NCBI GenBank assembly: GCA_051294375.1
Contig: CM119265.1
Span: 17,649,377-17,713,376, forward strand
Length of the DNA: 64,000 nucleotides
Direction: 5' to 3'
Origin: Paraspadella gotoi
Taxonomy: Eukaryota; Animalia; Chaetognatha
Position 1 is the stretch's first letter. Each line of letters starts with the position of its first letter. A program made the position numbers and the translations under genes. The notes below the pieces were generated by a model. It made no database searches and had not been told where the DNA came from. It worked only from the letters and a program-made list of their open reading frames with translations. Below, one piece after another: positions 13,401-25,705 of this stretch.

Positions 13401-15235
13401 TAAGCAAAATGGATAATTGATTCTTTGCATTAGAAATGCAGCAGATGATTCAATTAATCCGTAGTCCAGCCCACTTTGTCTTAGAGCTAAATTTTATCAA
13501 TTCTGTTTATAATATTTAGCAATATTTTGGAAAAAGTTGTATTTTTTTCTAAATTCCCCGATCAAAATCCACTGCCCAATAGTATTTGTGATTGTCATTG
13601 CTACTGTAAGAAAGGTTTTGTTATTTCTATGCCTGCAAGGGTAAATAACAGTGAATAAATTTATTCTTATTGTTTAAAAGATATCTTGCCAATTCATTTT
13701 ATGGGTTCAAATTTTCTGCGGGCAGTCGTCTCCCGCCTCAATTTTCAGAGAGATTTTTCCATCGCTAGTTAGTTTTCGCTTGAAATCTCACAAAAACTGT
13801 TTCGCTCGAGAGAAACTCTGTATTTTAGGAATAATTTCTGTGCTTCAATAAAGACTCATTATTTTATTCGCGACTTTTCTCTTGGAAACTTAAGTTGATC
13901 AGTTCGTCCTGGTGACAAAAACGAGACGGTGTCGTCTTCCGCGGCCGTGAAGACAAATAAAATTCGAAAGATCTTCGCACATATGAAGTAAAACTTTAAG
14001 GGGACCAGTGATAAAAAATGAGTATCATAAGGCTTAAGGGTTCTATCATCAAAGGGGAATTTGAAATGTGTGATAGTCATTAATTTTTTTTTGTACGGGA
14101 AAGTGGCAAAAAAATTCCTATCTCTTATTGTAGCGGGAAACAAAAATTAATAATTATTGAAAAAAAAATTTTAGTTGACCCTAACCTATAATATTTATAT
14201 AATCCATTATTTTTATTTTTGCATTAGAAAGTATTTTTTAACTAAATTTCCAATTTTTTATTTTTTACTGCTACAAAGCTATAATTTTAGGGTTTTAAGC
14301 TTCATTGAACAAAGCTACAAAGACTAATATTTTTTATATTTTTATATTTAACTCTAAAAGCAGACAAAATCAACCTTAAATTTATTCTTACAGAAACAAA
14401 ACTGTAATTAATTAATTAATTAATATTCATATTCATCCCTTAAATTGTTATAATTAAACCTATATTGATTCTAATGTGATAACAATAAAAATTTCAGCAA
14501 AAGTTACAGGAATCTTTCTCGTTCTTTTTTTATTTATATTACTTCAAGAGTTTTTATTTTCATCCAAATTAAACAGAATCATTTTTTTGAAAAGAATTAA
14601 ATAAATCAGTCGATACCTTTAAATTTTGATTCATTCCTAGTTTTTTTTCTTATAAATTTTTGTTGAAAAAAAGCTGAAAATCTTTTTAAAATTAGTCTTA
14701 CCAATTTTGGAAAAAAAAATTAAACTTGAAAAAAGATTTTGTTTTCTTACCATATTTTTTAAAGAAAATTAAGCTCGCTGATTTTATCGAAAATTTTTTT
14801 AAACTACTTTCCCAAATGATTTATAAAAGAAAAAATTATATGATCAGAACCAGCTTAAGTTAAAAGGTCAAACGTTATTGTTTTCAGCTTTTACCCCCCC
14901 TGTTCACTTGGTCCCCTTAAGGTCGCCAGGCATTTTGACAAACATACTTTCTTGGTTTAGAGTTCAAACGCGCTAAGTTTTCCAAGAAACTTAGGAATTT
15001 AACTATTAAACTTTTCAGAATTGTCCAAACGCTTCAATCAAAATTTCTTTTTTTAAAAAATCTGTTTTTTAATTGTATTTGGCTTTATTAAGCAACAAAA
15101 CTGACCTAAAGCCAAATGTTAAAATTTTTTAAAAGGGAATGTCATTCACCATTTGTACATAAAATCCAATGATTGCTAAGAGATTACACAGCGAGGCCCA
15201 GCAGTTTGTTTTGCCTTATCTTTATATCAGTAATG
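8650..15235. repeat. Nested foldback duplication 2, centre ~12500
   Basis: 11340-11760 mirrors ~13130-13550 (agagtagagtggtagggaaaa / ttttccctaccactctactct) and 12120-12200 mirrors 12750-12810. The arms converge near 12495-12505. The left arm is interleaved with foldback 1 from ~8650 to ~10600. Confidence 0.9.
14000..14916. mobile_element. Non-autonomous TIR DNA transposon, TTAA-flanked (Kolobok/T2-MITE-like)
   Basis: TTAA(13996-13999)|GGGGACCAGTGA at the left end and TCACTTGGTCCCC|TTAA(14917-14920) at the right end, with an AT-rich non-coding interior. A second copy at ~47130-48098 shares similarity only between these termini. TTAA TSD with RR..YY ends is the Kolobok signature. Confidence 0.75.
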
Positions 15236-15730
15236 GACTAATTAGTTTCTCTAGCGCCTAATTGAAGCGCTAAAAATTCTGCTTTTCCTCCAAAAAATTG
15301 GTGAGACTTGACTTGTCGACGTTGTTTGGTGGAAGGAGACGGAGAGAGAGAGAGGAGAGAAAGAGAGAGAGAGAGAGGAGAGACGAGAGAGAGAGAGAGA
15401 GAGAGAAATCCGGGGCCCGATCCGCTCGGACTTCGACGGCAAGGAAAGCCCGACTCACCCATTGAGAGAGAGAAAATCTCCCTGATCGAAAGCGAGAAGA
15501 AGCCCGCGAAGGCAGAAGTGAGTCGGTCGGCCAGCCGCTGCGCCGCTAGGCTCGTGGCACTGGCTGCATTCCGGAGAGCCTGAGTTATATGACTCAGAGA
15601 TGAGAGAGAGAGAGAGAGCGAGAGAAGAGGAGAAGAGAGAGAAAGAGAGAGAGAGAGAGAGGAGAGAGAGAGCAGAAGCAGAGAGAGAGAGGAGGAGAGA
15701 GATAAGAGAGCGACAAACCCAGGTCACATC

Positions 15731-16304
15731 GGCAATGGTTCGTCGCAAGAGCGCGAGAGAGGACATCGAACCGGAAGATAACTCATACAGAGTCTCCTCT
15801 GCCATATGGCGATTTTTCTCGCCTCAGGAAGAATATGGAACGTCGCCTCCGATGGGCGGAGAGCGTTCAAATTGAAAATCAGTCCGACGCAGACCAGGCG
15901 GGTGACGTTACCACGTTCTTAGTTTGTTTTTTTTTTTTTTATTGTTTTTCTGTTTAGTTTATTGTTTGTTGCTATCATGCTTAGTAAATTTTGATCTGGG
16001 TGTGGGTAGAAGCTTTGTTTTTTACATCGAGCCAACTGTATCTCTTTTCTCTCTCTTCTCTCTCTTTCTCTTCTCTCTCTCTCTTCTCCCTCTCTCTCTT
16101 CTCTCTCCTCTCGTTTCCTTCCATTTCATGTTGCAAAGATTAAAGAAGCTTTTTGTTGATCTTGAAACCTTTGGGCAATTTCGCGCANNNNNNNNNNNNN
16201 NNNNNNNNNNNNCGAGGCGAGAAAATCGCCACGATGGCAAAGAGACGTCGTATGAAGTTACTTCCGGTTCGATGTCTCTCTCGCCTCTTGCGACGAACCA
16301 TTCC
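15731..16304. repeat. Innermost arms of foldback 1 (15731-15825 vs 16213-16304) around a ~390 bp non-palindromic spacer
   Basis: ggcaatggttcgtcgcaagagcgcgagagaggacatcgaaccggaag...gcgatttttctcgcctc is the reverse complement of cgaggcgagaaaatcgcc...cttccggttcgatgtctctctcgcctcttgcgacgaaccattcc. Confidence 0.9.
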
Positions 16305-16673
16305 NNNNNNNNNNNNNNNNNNNNNNNNNNNNNNNNNNNNNNNNNNNNNNNNNNNNNNNNNNNNNNNNNNNNNNNNNNNNNNNNNNNNNNNNNNNNNNNN
16401 NNNNNNNNNNNNNNNNNNNNNNNNNNNNNNNNNNNNNNNNNNNNNNNNNNNNNNNNNNNNNNNNNNNNNNNNNNNNNNNNNNNNNNNNNNNNNNNNNNNN
16501 NNNNNNNNNNNNNNNNNNNNNNNNNNNNNNNNNNNNNNNNNNNNNNNNNNNNNNNNNNNNNNNNNNNNNNNNNNNNNNNNNNNNNNNNNNNNNNNNNNNN
16601 NNNNNNNNNNNNNNNNNNNNNNNNNNNNNNNNNNNNNNNNNNNNNNNNNNNNNNNNNNNNNNNNNNNNNNNNN

Positions 16674-17224
16674 CAGTTGCAAGCCAAACATGGAAAAAAA
16701 GTCGCGATTAAGAACCGCAGCAGGTAATCCGGTGCAGCAGCCATAATCCCGCGGCAGCATTTCTGAACGTGTCGTTTTTTTCTAAGGCAGCAGCAGCCTC
16801 GTCTCGTTTCGCGACAGCAGAATTTTCAGCAGCAGCCTCAACTCCATTATTTTCGTCAGCTGCCGCCTCCGCTGCCGCCCCCGCCGACGCAACACCCGAA
16901 GCCTTCGGACGGCACGTGCAAAGGACGAGTTGGTGCGAACCCCCGGTGAGGAGCGGAAACGTGCGTGCACGGGAAATTAAGAGAGACAGAGAGAGAGAAA
17001 GAGTGAGAGAGAGATGCACATGCTGCGCGTGCTTTAGCGTCGGGTAAGGTATTGAGGTGAGGAGGATTGCGACACGACGCGGATGAGGACGAGGAAGAGC
17101 AGACAAATTCTGCAGCAGCAAAGGTGAGGGTTTGTCATAAGGTATGGCACGACGCGTCGAGACAGAGAGAGTGAGAGAGAAAGAAAGAAAGACAGAAAGA
17201 AAAAATAAGAAAGAAAGAAAAAAA

Positions 17225-17288
<64 letters not shown>

Positions 17289-20200
17289 GGGTTTTTAAAT
17301 TTTTTTTTAGCAGTTTTACAGTTGGGTTAACTCATCTCCTCAACGTGAGTGGTTCTTTGAAATTGGAACTGTATTGGGTAAGTAAGCGACGATGGTAAAG
17401 GAGGAGGTAAGGTTTATGAGGAAGGATTGCTCTCCCAATGCGTCGAATTTCATTGAGGAAATATGAGAGAAAGAAGAAAAGAGTTTGAGAAAAAAGAGAA
17501 AGAGAGAGCAGGAGAGGCATAATGACGATGTCAAACAGCGATTGTTTCGAGAAAGGAAATTAAACGGGAATTTAAGAAAATAATATCAAAATAAAAATGA
17601 AGGAGATATAGTTAACTTTAAAACATATTTTATTTTTTTGACCGAAAAATAGTCACGTGACTAGCGCGATGAATAAACTGGGAAAAGAAGGAAGGAAACA
17701 AAGAGGGTGAGTCAAGCGAGCGGAGGAGAGGTAAGGCGAGAGGTAAGGCGACCGAGCGAGGAAATCGAGGTGAGGACGCGCGAGTCACGTTTCTCGGTGC
17801 CGCGTCACGCGCCGCAAACAGGAAGTAGGTCAAGACGGAGGGTGAGGACGTCGAGGCGGAAAGGTAAGTTAAGTCTCTGTTTGCGCAACAAAGGTCAGTT
17901 AGGACGGGCGACGGAGACGTTTGGACTTAGGCACCGTTTGTTCNNNNNNNNNNNNNNNNNNNNNNNNNNNNNNNNNNNNNNNNNNNNNNNNNNNNNNNNN
18001 NNNNNNNNNNNNNNNNNNNNNNNNNNNNNNNNNNNNNNNNNNNNNNNNNNNNNNNNNNNNNNNNNNNNNNNNNNNNNNNNNNAAAAAAAAAACAACCGAA
18101 GACGACGACAACGACGTCGACGGCGAACGATGACAATCCCGTAAAAATCTTCCGAGTCACGATTTCATCGAGGCGCTAATGGGAACCCACGACATCCGGG
18201 CGCCTGACGGTTACATCCGGGAGAGAAGGGGACGGGAGGGGGATTTCGATTCCGGGTGGCGTAGCGAGTGGGCAGGTGTGGTTGAGTGTCAATGGTTTGA
18301 AAAAAAGAACAAATCCGCCGAGAATTTGTCGAAATGAAATCGTTTGGTTTTTAAGATTTATGAAATTGGAGAAAATATTTCTTCTTTAAAAATATTATAC
18401 GATATAAAAAAATATGTATAAAAAACGTACGATTGAAGTATCGTTATGATTGCAAGACCAGGCCACAAAAAAAAAATAAATAAATAAACTATTGAAAAAC
18501 TTAAACGGAAAATAATTATAGAAATAACAGATCGTGCAATAAGAAGATAAGTAGATGACTTACCTGCGTTTGAAGACACGAAGTGAGTGAAGCGGAGAAA
18601 AGAGAGAATGAAAAATAAAAGGAAGAAAAAACGAATAATAAAGGTTTAGACAAGTTATAAGTTTAAAGCATTTCATGTCGCGTAAACAAAGACAAAAAGT
18701 TCCCAAAATATTCTCGACGGCGACTGAGGCAAATCTCGGACAGACTTTCTCCACAAATGTCGAGCGGGATTAAAGACCAGACGACAGTAAATAAGTCTTC
18801 CACATCCGGGACTCAAACCAACTCTGTTTTAAGTCACGTCTGGTGTTTTGCTTTAATTTATGACTTTCCCAAAGTAATTAAGATTATATATTTCTTAGTA
18901 AATTAAATTTGATTAAAATTAAATCGCTTATAAAAAGTAATTTTTTGTAACTAAGAGTAAGACGAACAAATTTATAATTTTATTGTTTTTTTTTTAATTG
19001 GAAACGTTTACGAAATTTCAATTTCTGCTCACTGCTCACTCGTCGGGCATTTAAAGTTTAAACTCGACGACCCAAACTGGAGAGCGACTCGGGCGTTTAT
19101 GGTTCTGGCCCCCGCGGCCTTTGAGATGAAAACTTATTTATGAGGTCGCCCCTCGGAAGCTGTGGGGTGAAGAAGAACGTTCTGACCCGGTTCTAACTTC
19201 TAAGTGAAGAGAAAGAGGCGGAGAGGAAAAGAGAAGAAAAAGAAAACGATGGATTGGGTAAGAAATGAAAAAAAAAAATAGGAAAGAAGAGACGGTAAAA
19301 GAGGACGAGAGGACCAATGGTTTATGTTCATGGCCAGAGGCTACAATTTACAAAATCTTGGGAGTTTTGACCATAAATCACGTGACCAAGCGGGCCGACG
19401 CGCTAGCGAATTGGGGAGACAAGGGCCTCAAGCCATGAGAACCAAGTCTGACCGAGAGGCGGAGGCAATAAACGCCATGCAATTAGAGACAATCATAACG
19501 AAAATTATTTCTTACTATTAGCTACAAACGTTTTTCGGCAGTTGCGTCGTTGACTTGAGGCCAAGGCGGAAGATACCCCTGGGATACAAGGTCGCGAGGG
19601 CCAAAATTCTTGGCCAAGAAGCCAATCCGATAAAGGATTCGCATCGCAGAGGCCAAACTCTTTAAACGGAGAGGCCAAACCTATTAACGGAGAGGCCAAA
19701 ACCTCGGACCGTCGCTCCGCGTCATCGTTAAACGGGAAATTATGACGTCTTATTATCGTAAACGTCGTGAGACGCGTATTCGTTCCCGGTTTAGCGTCGT
19801 CTTTCTGCGTCGTCGTCGTCGTGTTGTCGTTGTCGCTGAATTGTCCTAGCTGTTGTCGTTGTCCTGGGTGGTCGTCTTGCAACGGATTAAAAATTATTAG
19901 GTTTAATTGGCCGAAGTTGAGCGTTATGTCTTTCTATGTAGGTGGTGTCGTTACGATATCGTTCACCGTACATTGCGACGTTGAGCATAGCACTTACTTA
20001 TCTTAAAGTTAGGAGTTAGGCTTTCCTAGAATTATCAATTATTGTCGTAGTCATCCGCTCTGTTCTGAGTTGGTGCCACAGCTCAATGACCGCCATCTTG
20101 GTTATCGTTGGTCGAACAAAAGATTCATCTGATGGACGATTTACAATAATAATCGTTGGTAGAGAAAAGAGAGGAAGAGAGCAGTGTAATTGTAATACAT

Positions 20201-21115
20201 AGAAGGAGGAGAAGAGAAGTTAAAGTCAAACGAAATTCGAAAACACGAAGCATGACATTTTCCCTTTCTTAAGTTTTCGTTGCCCCATTAGAAAAATCTC
20301 GGATTCTCTTCCTTCACTTTCTTATTACTCTCTTTCCTTTCCCCCCTGATCGGCTGACACTCCCGATCGGGCGACACTCTCAAGGAAATCTTTCCCTTCC
20401 CGATCGGTTCACACTCTCGTCGAAATTTTTAGAGAGGCCACAGAAATTTTTATTTCGAGTTTTAATTTCGTCGCCGAAGGATTTTAAAGGCGAAACTCTC
20501 GAAGCCACGTAGAGGGAAGGAGCTGGAAGAGGGGCAGGAAAAGGAAAAGGTAGAAAACAGGATGTTGGATGCGAAAAGGAGAGAAAGTGGGCAAAAAGGG
20601 GGGAAGGAAAAGAGGGCAGGATGGAGGAGGAAGCTTCAAATTGAATCACGACGACAACAACGACCAGCCTCAGTTTCATTTATATTGCATTTATATCCAA
20701 TTGATGGCGTCCCAGGGAGCGGCAACGCGAAACCACGAAAAACCGGCAGCGGTTGGCAAAATTGAAGCGGCAGAGGACCAACGAAATGGTTCCTTCATGA
20801 ATATTAAAAACCTTTTTTTTTTCTTTTTTTTTTTCTTTTGTTTGGTAATTTTGATTCGGAACTTGTAAAGAAGTTCGCTCGACTCGGAGGGGAAGATGTA
20901 ATTTTGAAGAACAGATTTTGAACATCTGTTTTGTGGCTGAAAACAGTTCGGTTGTCATTTTTTCTGCCGGCGCTGAGCAAATTGTTTCTTAGACAGTCAA
21001 CTGTAAAACATTCGAACAACTTTGCGAGCGACGTTCATTTGGGAATTTATGCCGGGAGAGCCCATTTGTCTCTCTCTCTCTCATTCTCTCTCTCTCAGTC
21101 TCCTCTCTCTCTCTC

Positions 21116-21161
<46 letters not shown>

Positions 21162-21764
21162 GTGTCGTTCCATTTTCGTGGCATTCCCACATCTCCCTTT
21201 TCAATTTAAACCGGGAAACTTTTTCGGGTAAATTTTATGACCCAAAGAGAAAGAGAAAGAAAGAAAAAAAAAGAAAATAAGAAAAAAGAAGAAATTTGAG
21301 AGTTTTTTTTTTCTCTTTCTTTCCTTTTATCTCAGCAACGGTAAAAGGACCCAGCGTCATAACGGATGCGTCGTGGCAGATTTGTTACGTTCTTTTTTTT
21401 ATTTTCAGTTTGCGTTTGTGCGCACGAGATTGAAAAAAAAAAATGTCGCGGATCTTCGCTCGCGGCGAAATGTTTTTAAATAAAGAAAACCCTTTATTCT
21501 TCAGTTATATCTCAATTGATTCGCGATGTATTTGAATAATCGACGCCGTTTTTCACTTCGTTTTGAGTCACAAGATGAAAAATTTTAAAAAAAGGAGAGA
21601 GACGAAAATAATGCGAGAAATTGAAAAGAAATACGATTTGATATAAAAAGAAAACTATAAAGACCAAGGAGACAAAGAAACATAAAAGGAGAAAAAAAGT
21701 ACGCTTAAATAAGAACTATGTGGATCAAAAGGAGGGAGAGAGAGAGTGAGATAGTGAGAAAGAG

Positions 21765-21824
<60 letters not shown>

Positions 21825-22204
21825 AAGTGGATTCGGAGTCTTACTTTAAGGATCAAAAACCTCCGCCCGAGGATAAACGACTTTTTTGTCAAAAAGTGAA
21901 ACGGAATGATGACCTCGTTTCGTGAGTTTCACCGCTGAACTTCGGTGTGAGGATATTCACCTCAAAAACATTTATCTCGAGAATTTGATCTCCGGACCGT
22001 CGACTCAGTTGAGACGGAGAATATACTTTGATGGATGGTATGCTGGACCGATTGGTTCTTTTATGAAATTCTTACCACTAATATAAAAATTAATTTAATA
22101 AATAAGCTATCTTGCCCCTGACTTTGGACAGGCTTTGCTGGTTTAAGGCCTCCATCACTCTTACAAGATAATGACATAGCAGGTCCCTGCAAGCTTTCAA
22201 TCAA
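16674..22204. repeat. Right arm of foldback duplication 1 (the cleaner copy)
   Basis: Colinear reverse complement of 3550-~10480 across several kb, including the GA tracts and unique sequence. Confidence 0.95.
16767..16949 (+). CDS. Candidate Gln/Pro-rich coding exon, unknown protein
   Basis: Open frame RQQQPRLVSRQQNFQQQPQLHYFRQLPPPLPPPPTQHPKPSDGTCKGRVGANP with CAG runs in one frame. Possible acceptor tttttttctaag (16786) and donor gtgagg (16946). No domain recognised. Confidence 0.35.
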   Translation, partial: TCRFFLRQQQPRLVSRQQNFQQQPQLHYFRQLPPPLPPPPTQHPKPSDGTCKGRVGANPR

Positions 22205-22496
22205 GACTCTCTCACAGTCTTGTCGATTCACATTTTATTCATATTTTATATAATTAAACAGTTAAGTTATGCGTAAATGAATCAAAATCTTTCCACGCAA
22301 GTCAAATACTTCGCTTTCCTTTATCTCCTTTTGGCCATGGAACTTAACCGCGTCATTCTCGAAAAGCGAATCTCTCTCTCTCAAACGCACAAGAAGAAAT
22401 TGCCGAAGAAAGAAAGAAAAAAAAATATAGAGAGATTGAGAGAGAAAGAAACAATGGAGAGAGGATTAGGAACGCGTCACGCGACCGCCTTTTAAA

Positions 22497-22551
22497 CGTC
22501 ACGTGACATTCCGCTCGAATCACGTGATTACCCGGCCCCTTGTCACGTGAT
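22497..22551. promoter_or_regulatory. Three clustered TCACGTGA E-boxes (USF/MITF-TFE, CLEAR-like)
   Basis: gtcacgtgac, atcacgtgat and gtcacgtgat within 55 bp in a CpG-rich island. Confidence 0.5.
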
Positions 22552-24809
22552 GGGCTTCGAAGGGACATTAACTCGGTGGCCCGCTCCCGAGCGAAAAAAA
22601 AAACAGTGTGTCGCTCACCATGGAGACCGGAACGCCGTCGACGACGACGAAGACGACGACGCCTTAAGAAAAAAAAAACGCGGCGTCGCCTTGACAACCA
22701 AAACAAACAGCGTCTAGATGGAGGCGGGGGTCAAGGACAGGAGACGATTTAGAAGGACGGGCGGAGTAGTTACGTGGGCGTGGGGGTGGGGAAAGAAAAG
22801 AGGGGGAGGGTGGAAGAGGCTCGTGAGGAGGCGCGATGCTATTGACGGTCAAAGAAAGAAAAGCGAAAATGGTCGAGTGATTGACTTTTGCGTTTCTCTT
22901 TCTTTTCAGTCGTTGACTTCTGTTTATCTTCATCTTTGTTCGTTCTGGGTTTTTGCTTTCTTCTTCTTTTGAGGTTGGCCGGATTTTTTTTTTTTTTTTT
23001 CGTTCTCTTTCTTGATTTTGTTTCTTGGGTTTCTTGTTTTTTTTTGTTTCTTTGACTTAGTTTCTTTGTTTCTTTTATGTTTCGTACATTCGTTTTTTCT
23101 TATGAAATTGGTAAAACACAATATAAAATTATTTTATTGTTTCTTATAATCATTATTATTATTTAAATACGAAAGCCCGATTAAACTCTTTATATAACCA
23201 TTAGACCTTAGCAAATTTTAAAAAGTTTTTTACAGAATTTAGCACTATAGTACAAATTAGTCCCCTATATGCTACTAATTTTTTTCTATCTTTGTTTTTT
23301 GAAAAATCGATCAATAAGTGCTTGCAACTCTTCAAAATTTGCAAAAAAACGGTTTTTTTCATTAAAAATGATAGATATCTTAAAAAATATCAGTCGGAAT
23401 CAAATTTAATCTGCGTCAATTTAAAGAGCGGAAAAAATACTTCATTTTACATACTTTATTTTTAAAAATCCAAATAATACTTTTCCAATTATTGATGTTT
23501 AAAAAACTGAATTCTCGGCATTTTTAAGTCACATTTTTTAATTTTCCCTTTATAACTTTGAAAATAATATAAAATAAGGTATAAAACAGACTAAATCCTC
23601 AAGAGTAAACCTTGGGCTTTCTATTGGCGTAAATAGGTATTAGTAAAGTTAACTTGTCGAGATCACTGTATTCAGATTGATGACCCTCTTGGTCTCTTTT
23701 TACATTTTCTATCTTCGTCATGACCGTGATAAAATTCACGTGATAAAATTCACGATTCGATCATTGTGACAATTTTCTTCTCTTGAATCACCATGGTCAC
23801 TTTCGGATGACGCTGATTGGTGGTCGAAGACGCGGAGATTCGCGTTTGTCACATTTGGATTTTTGACGGGATGATCCAAAGGCGAAGATCCGAAGGGTCA
23901 GTCGAAGAGACCAACGCGTCGTCTGGTCAGGAGGGAAGAGGAAGAGGAGGAGACTTTATCTCAGCGGTGATAATTTTTCGGCGATGATGACAGAAGCAGA
24001 CGTCGAAAATGGCGGATGAGGAAAGAGGGAGGAAAGAGAGGAAGGAGGGGNNNNNNNNNNNNNNNNNNNNNNNNNNNNNNNNNNNNNNNNNNNNNNNNNN
24101 NNNNNNNNNNNNNNNNNNNNNNNNNNNNNNNNNNNNNNNNNNNNNNNNNNNNNNNNNNNNNNNNNNNNNNNNNNNNNNNNNNNNNNNNNNNNNNNNNNNN
24201 NNNNNNNNNNNNNNNNNNNNNNNNNNNNNNNNNNNNNNNNNNNNNNNNNNNNNNNNNNNNNNNNNNNNNNNNNNNNAGGAAGGAGGGGATGAAGGAGAGG
24301 AAGGAGGGGGAGGATATTTAAGAAATACGGGAGAGGCGAATGAACTGAGCAGAGATAGGGGAAGAAGAAGAGTTGGTTTACGAGAAGGAAGGACGAGAGA
24401 TACAGAGACTGAAAGACACTTGGGATATTAACAGAAAAAGACAGAAAGGAAATGAGAGAGGATAAGATAAGAGAAAGAATTGTACAGAAAAAGAAATAAA
24501 GGATAAAAGAAAGGAAGGGAAGGATAAAAAAGGAAAAGAGAGAAAGAAAAGGAGAGAAGTGAAAATGGGTCAGAGCGAGATGAGGTGGAGATGAAGTCGA
24601 AACCCGAAATCCGGAAGTTGATGAAACTTGGTCAACGCGGATGAGGTGAGCGACCCGGAAAAGGTTTGGGTCACTTGATGGAGTCACGAGAAGGGTCACC
24701 ACTAGAGTCGTTACCGTTCGAAGTTTACTAGATTCTAGATGTTTTTAAAAAAAATACTGTACTAATATATCTCTGAAATGACATTAATTAATGAAGTTAA
24801 AATATCATA

Positions 24810-24859
<50 letters not shown>

Positions 24860-25558
24860 ACTCTCTCTCTCTCTCTCCTTTCGCCCAGAATATCCTTCAT
24901 AATCCACGAATCCCCTAATGCGTTTGAACGATAACCGAAAATCCTCTTAACCGACGAAAAATTCCTCGTTATCACCGAAATCGACTTCTTAGGATTTTGC
25001 ATCGCTCACAGTTCGTTGTCGGCCAACAGTTTTTCGAAGCTGACTTTTAAATTCGCCCGGAGTTAGCAATTTGAGAATGAAACTGGTAAATAAGGCATAT
25101 CGTAAATTGACTCGTGACTATTTTTCGCCGTATTTTTTTATTCTTCTAAGAAGAGGAAAAATAATAAAGGGGAAATATTAAGTTTGATGATTTCTGAGGA
25201 TGTTTGAAATTTTAACTTTCAGCCTTTGAAGTTTCGTTAAAATCGCCTGCCCCCCAGACAGCTTAAACAGAAAAGCACATATCCACGAGCGTCTCGTAGT
25301 TAATAAGCATACAAGTTCCGTTACGAGTCGTCAAGAAAAATGCCGATCGCCGATAAGATTTAAGAAATGCCCCATTGCCCTGTAACAAAACCCTTTCTGA
25401 GATGATCACATCTGATTGTAACTTTAAATTTACATAGACAATTATTCATTTTAAAAGTTATTTTGGTCATATCAATATAAAATTTATATATATTTTTTAG
25501 AACAATAAATTTCACAGTAAAGTTAAACTTATACTTTTAGTTTTAGTATTCTCCTTAC

Positions 25559-25705
25559 CGACTCCTCTTCATCGGCAGAATGAGCATCGTTCCAAAAAAA
25601 TGAGAAATTGCTGCCATTGCCTTTAGTCCTTAAGTCGAAAGAGGCGATGCTCAGTTGCTCACCCGCAAGGAGATTCCTCGAAATCCCGAGACCGACAGAT
25701 CGACC
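25559..25705 (-). CDS. Candidate coding exon emerging from an N gap, unknown protein
   Basis: GRSVGLGISRNLLAGEQLSIASFDLRTKGNGSNFSFFWNDAHSADEEES followed in phase 0 by gtaagg and then AT-rich intron-like DNA. Confidence 0.3.
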
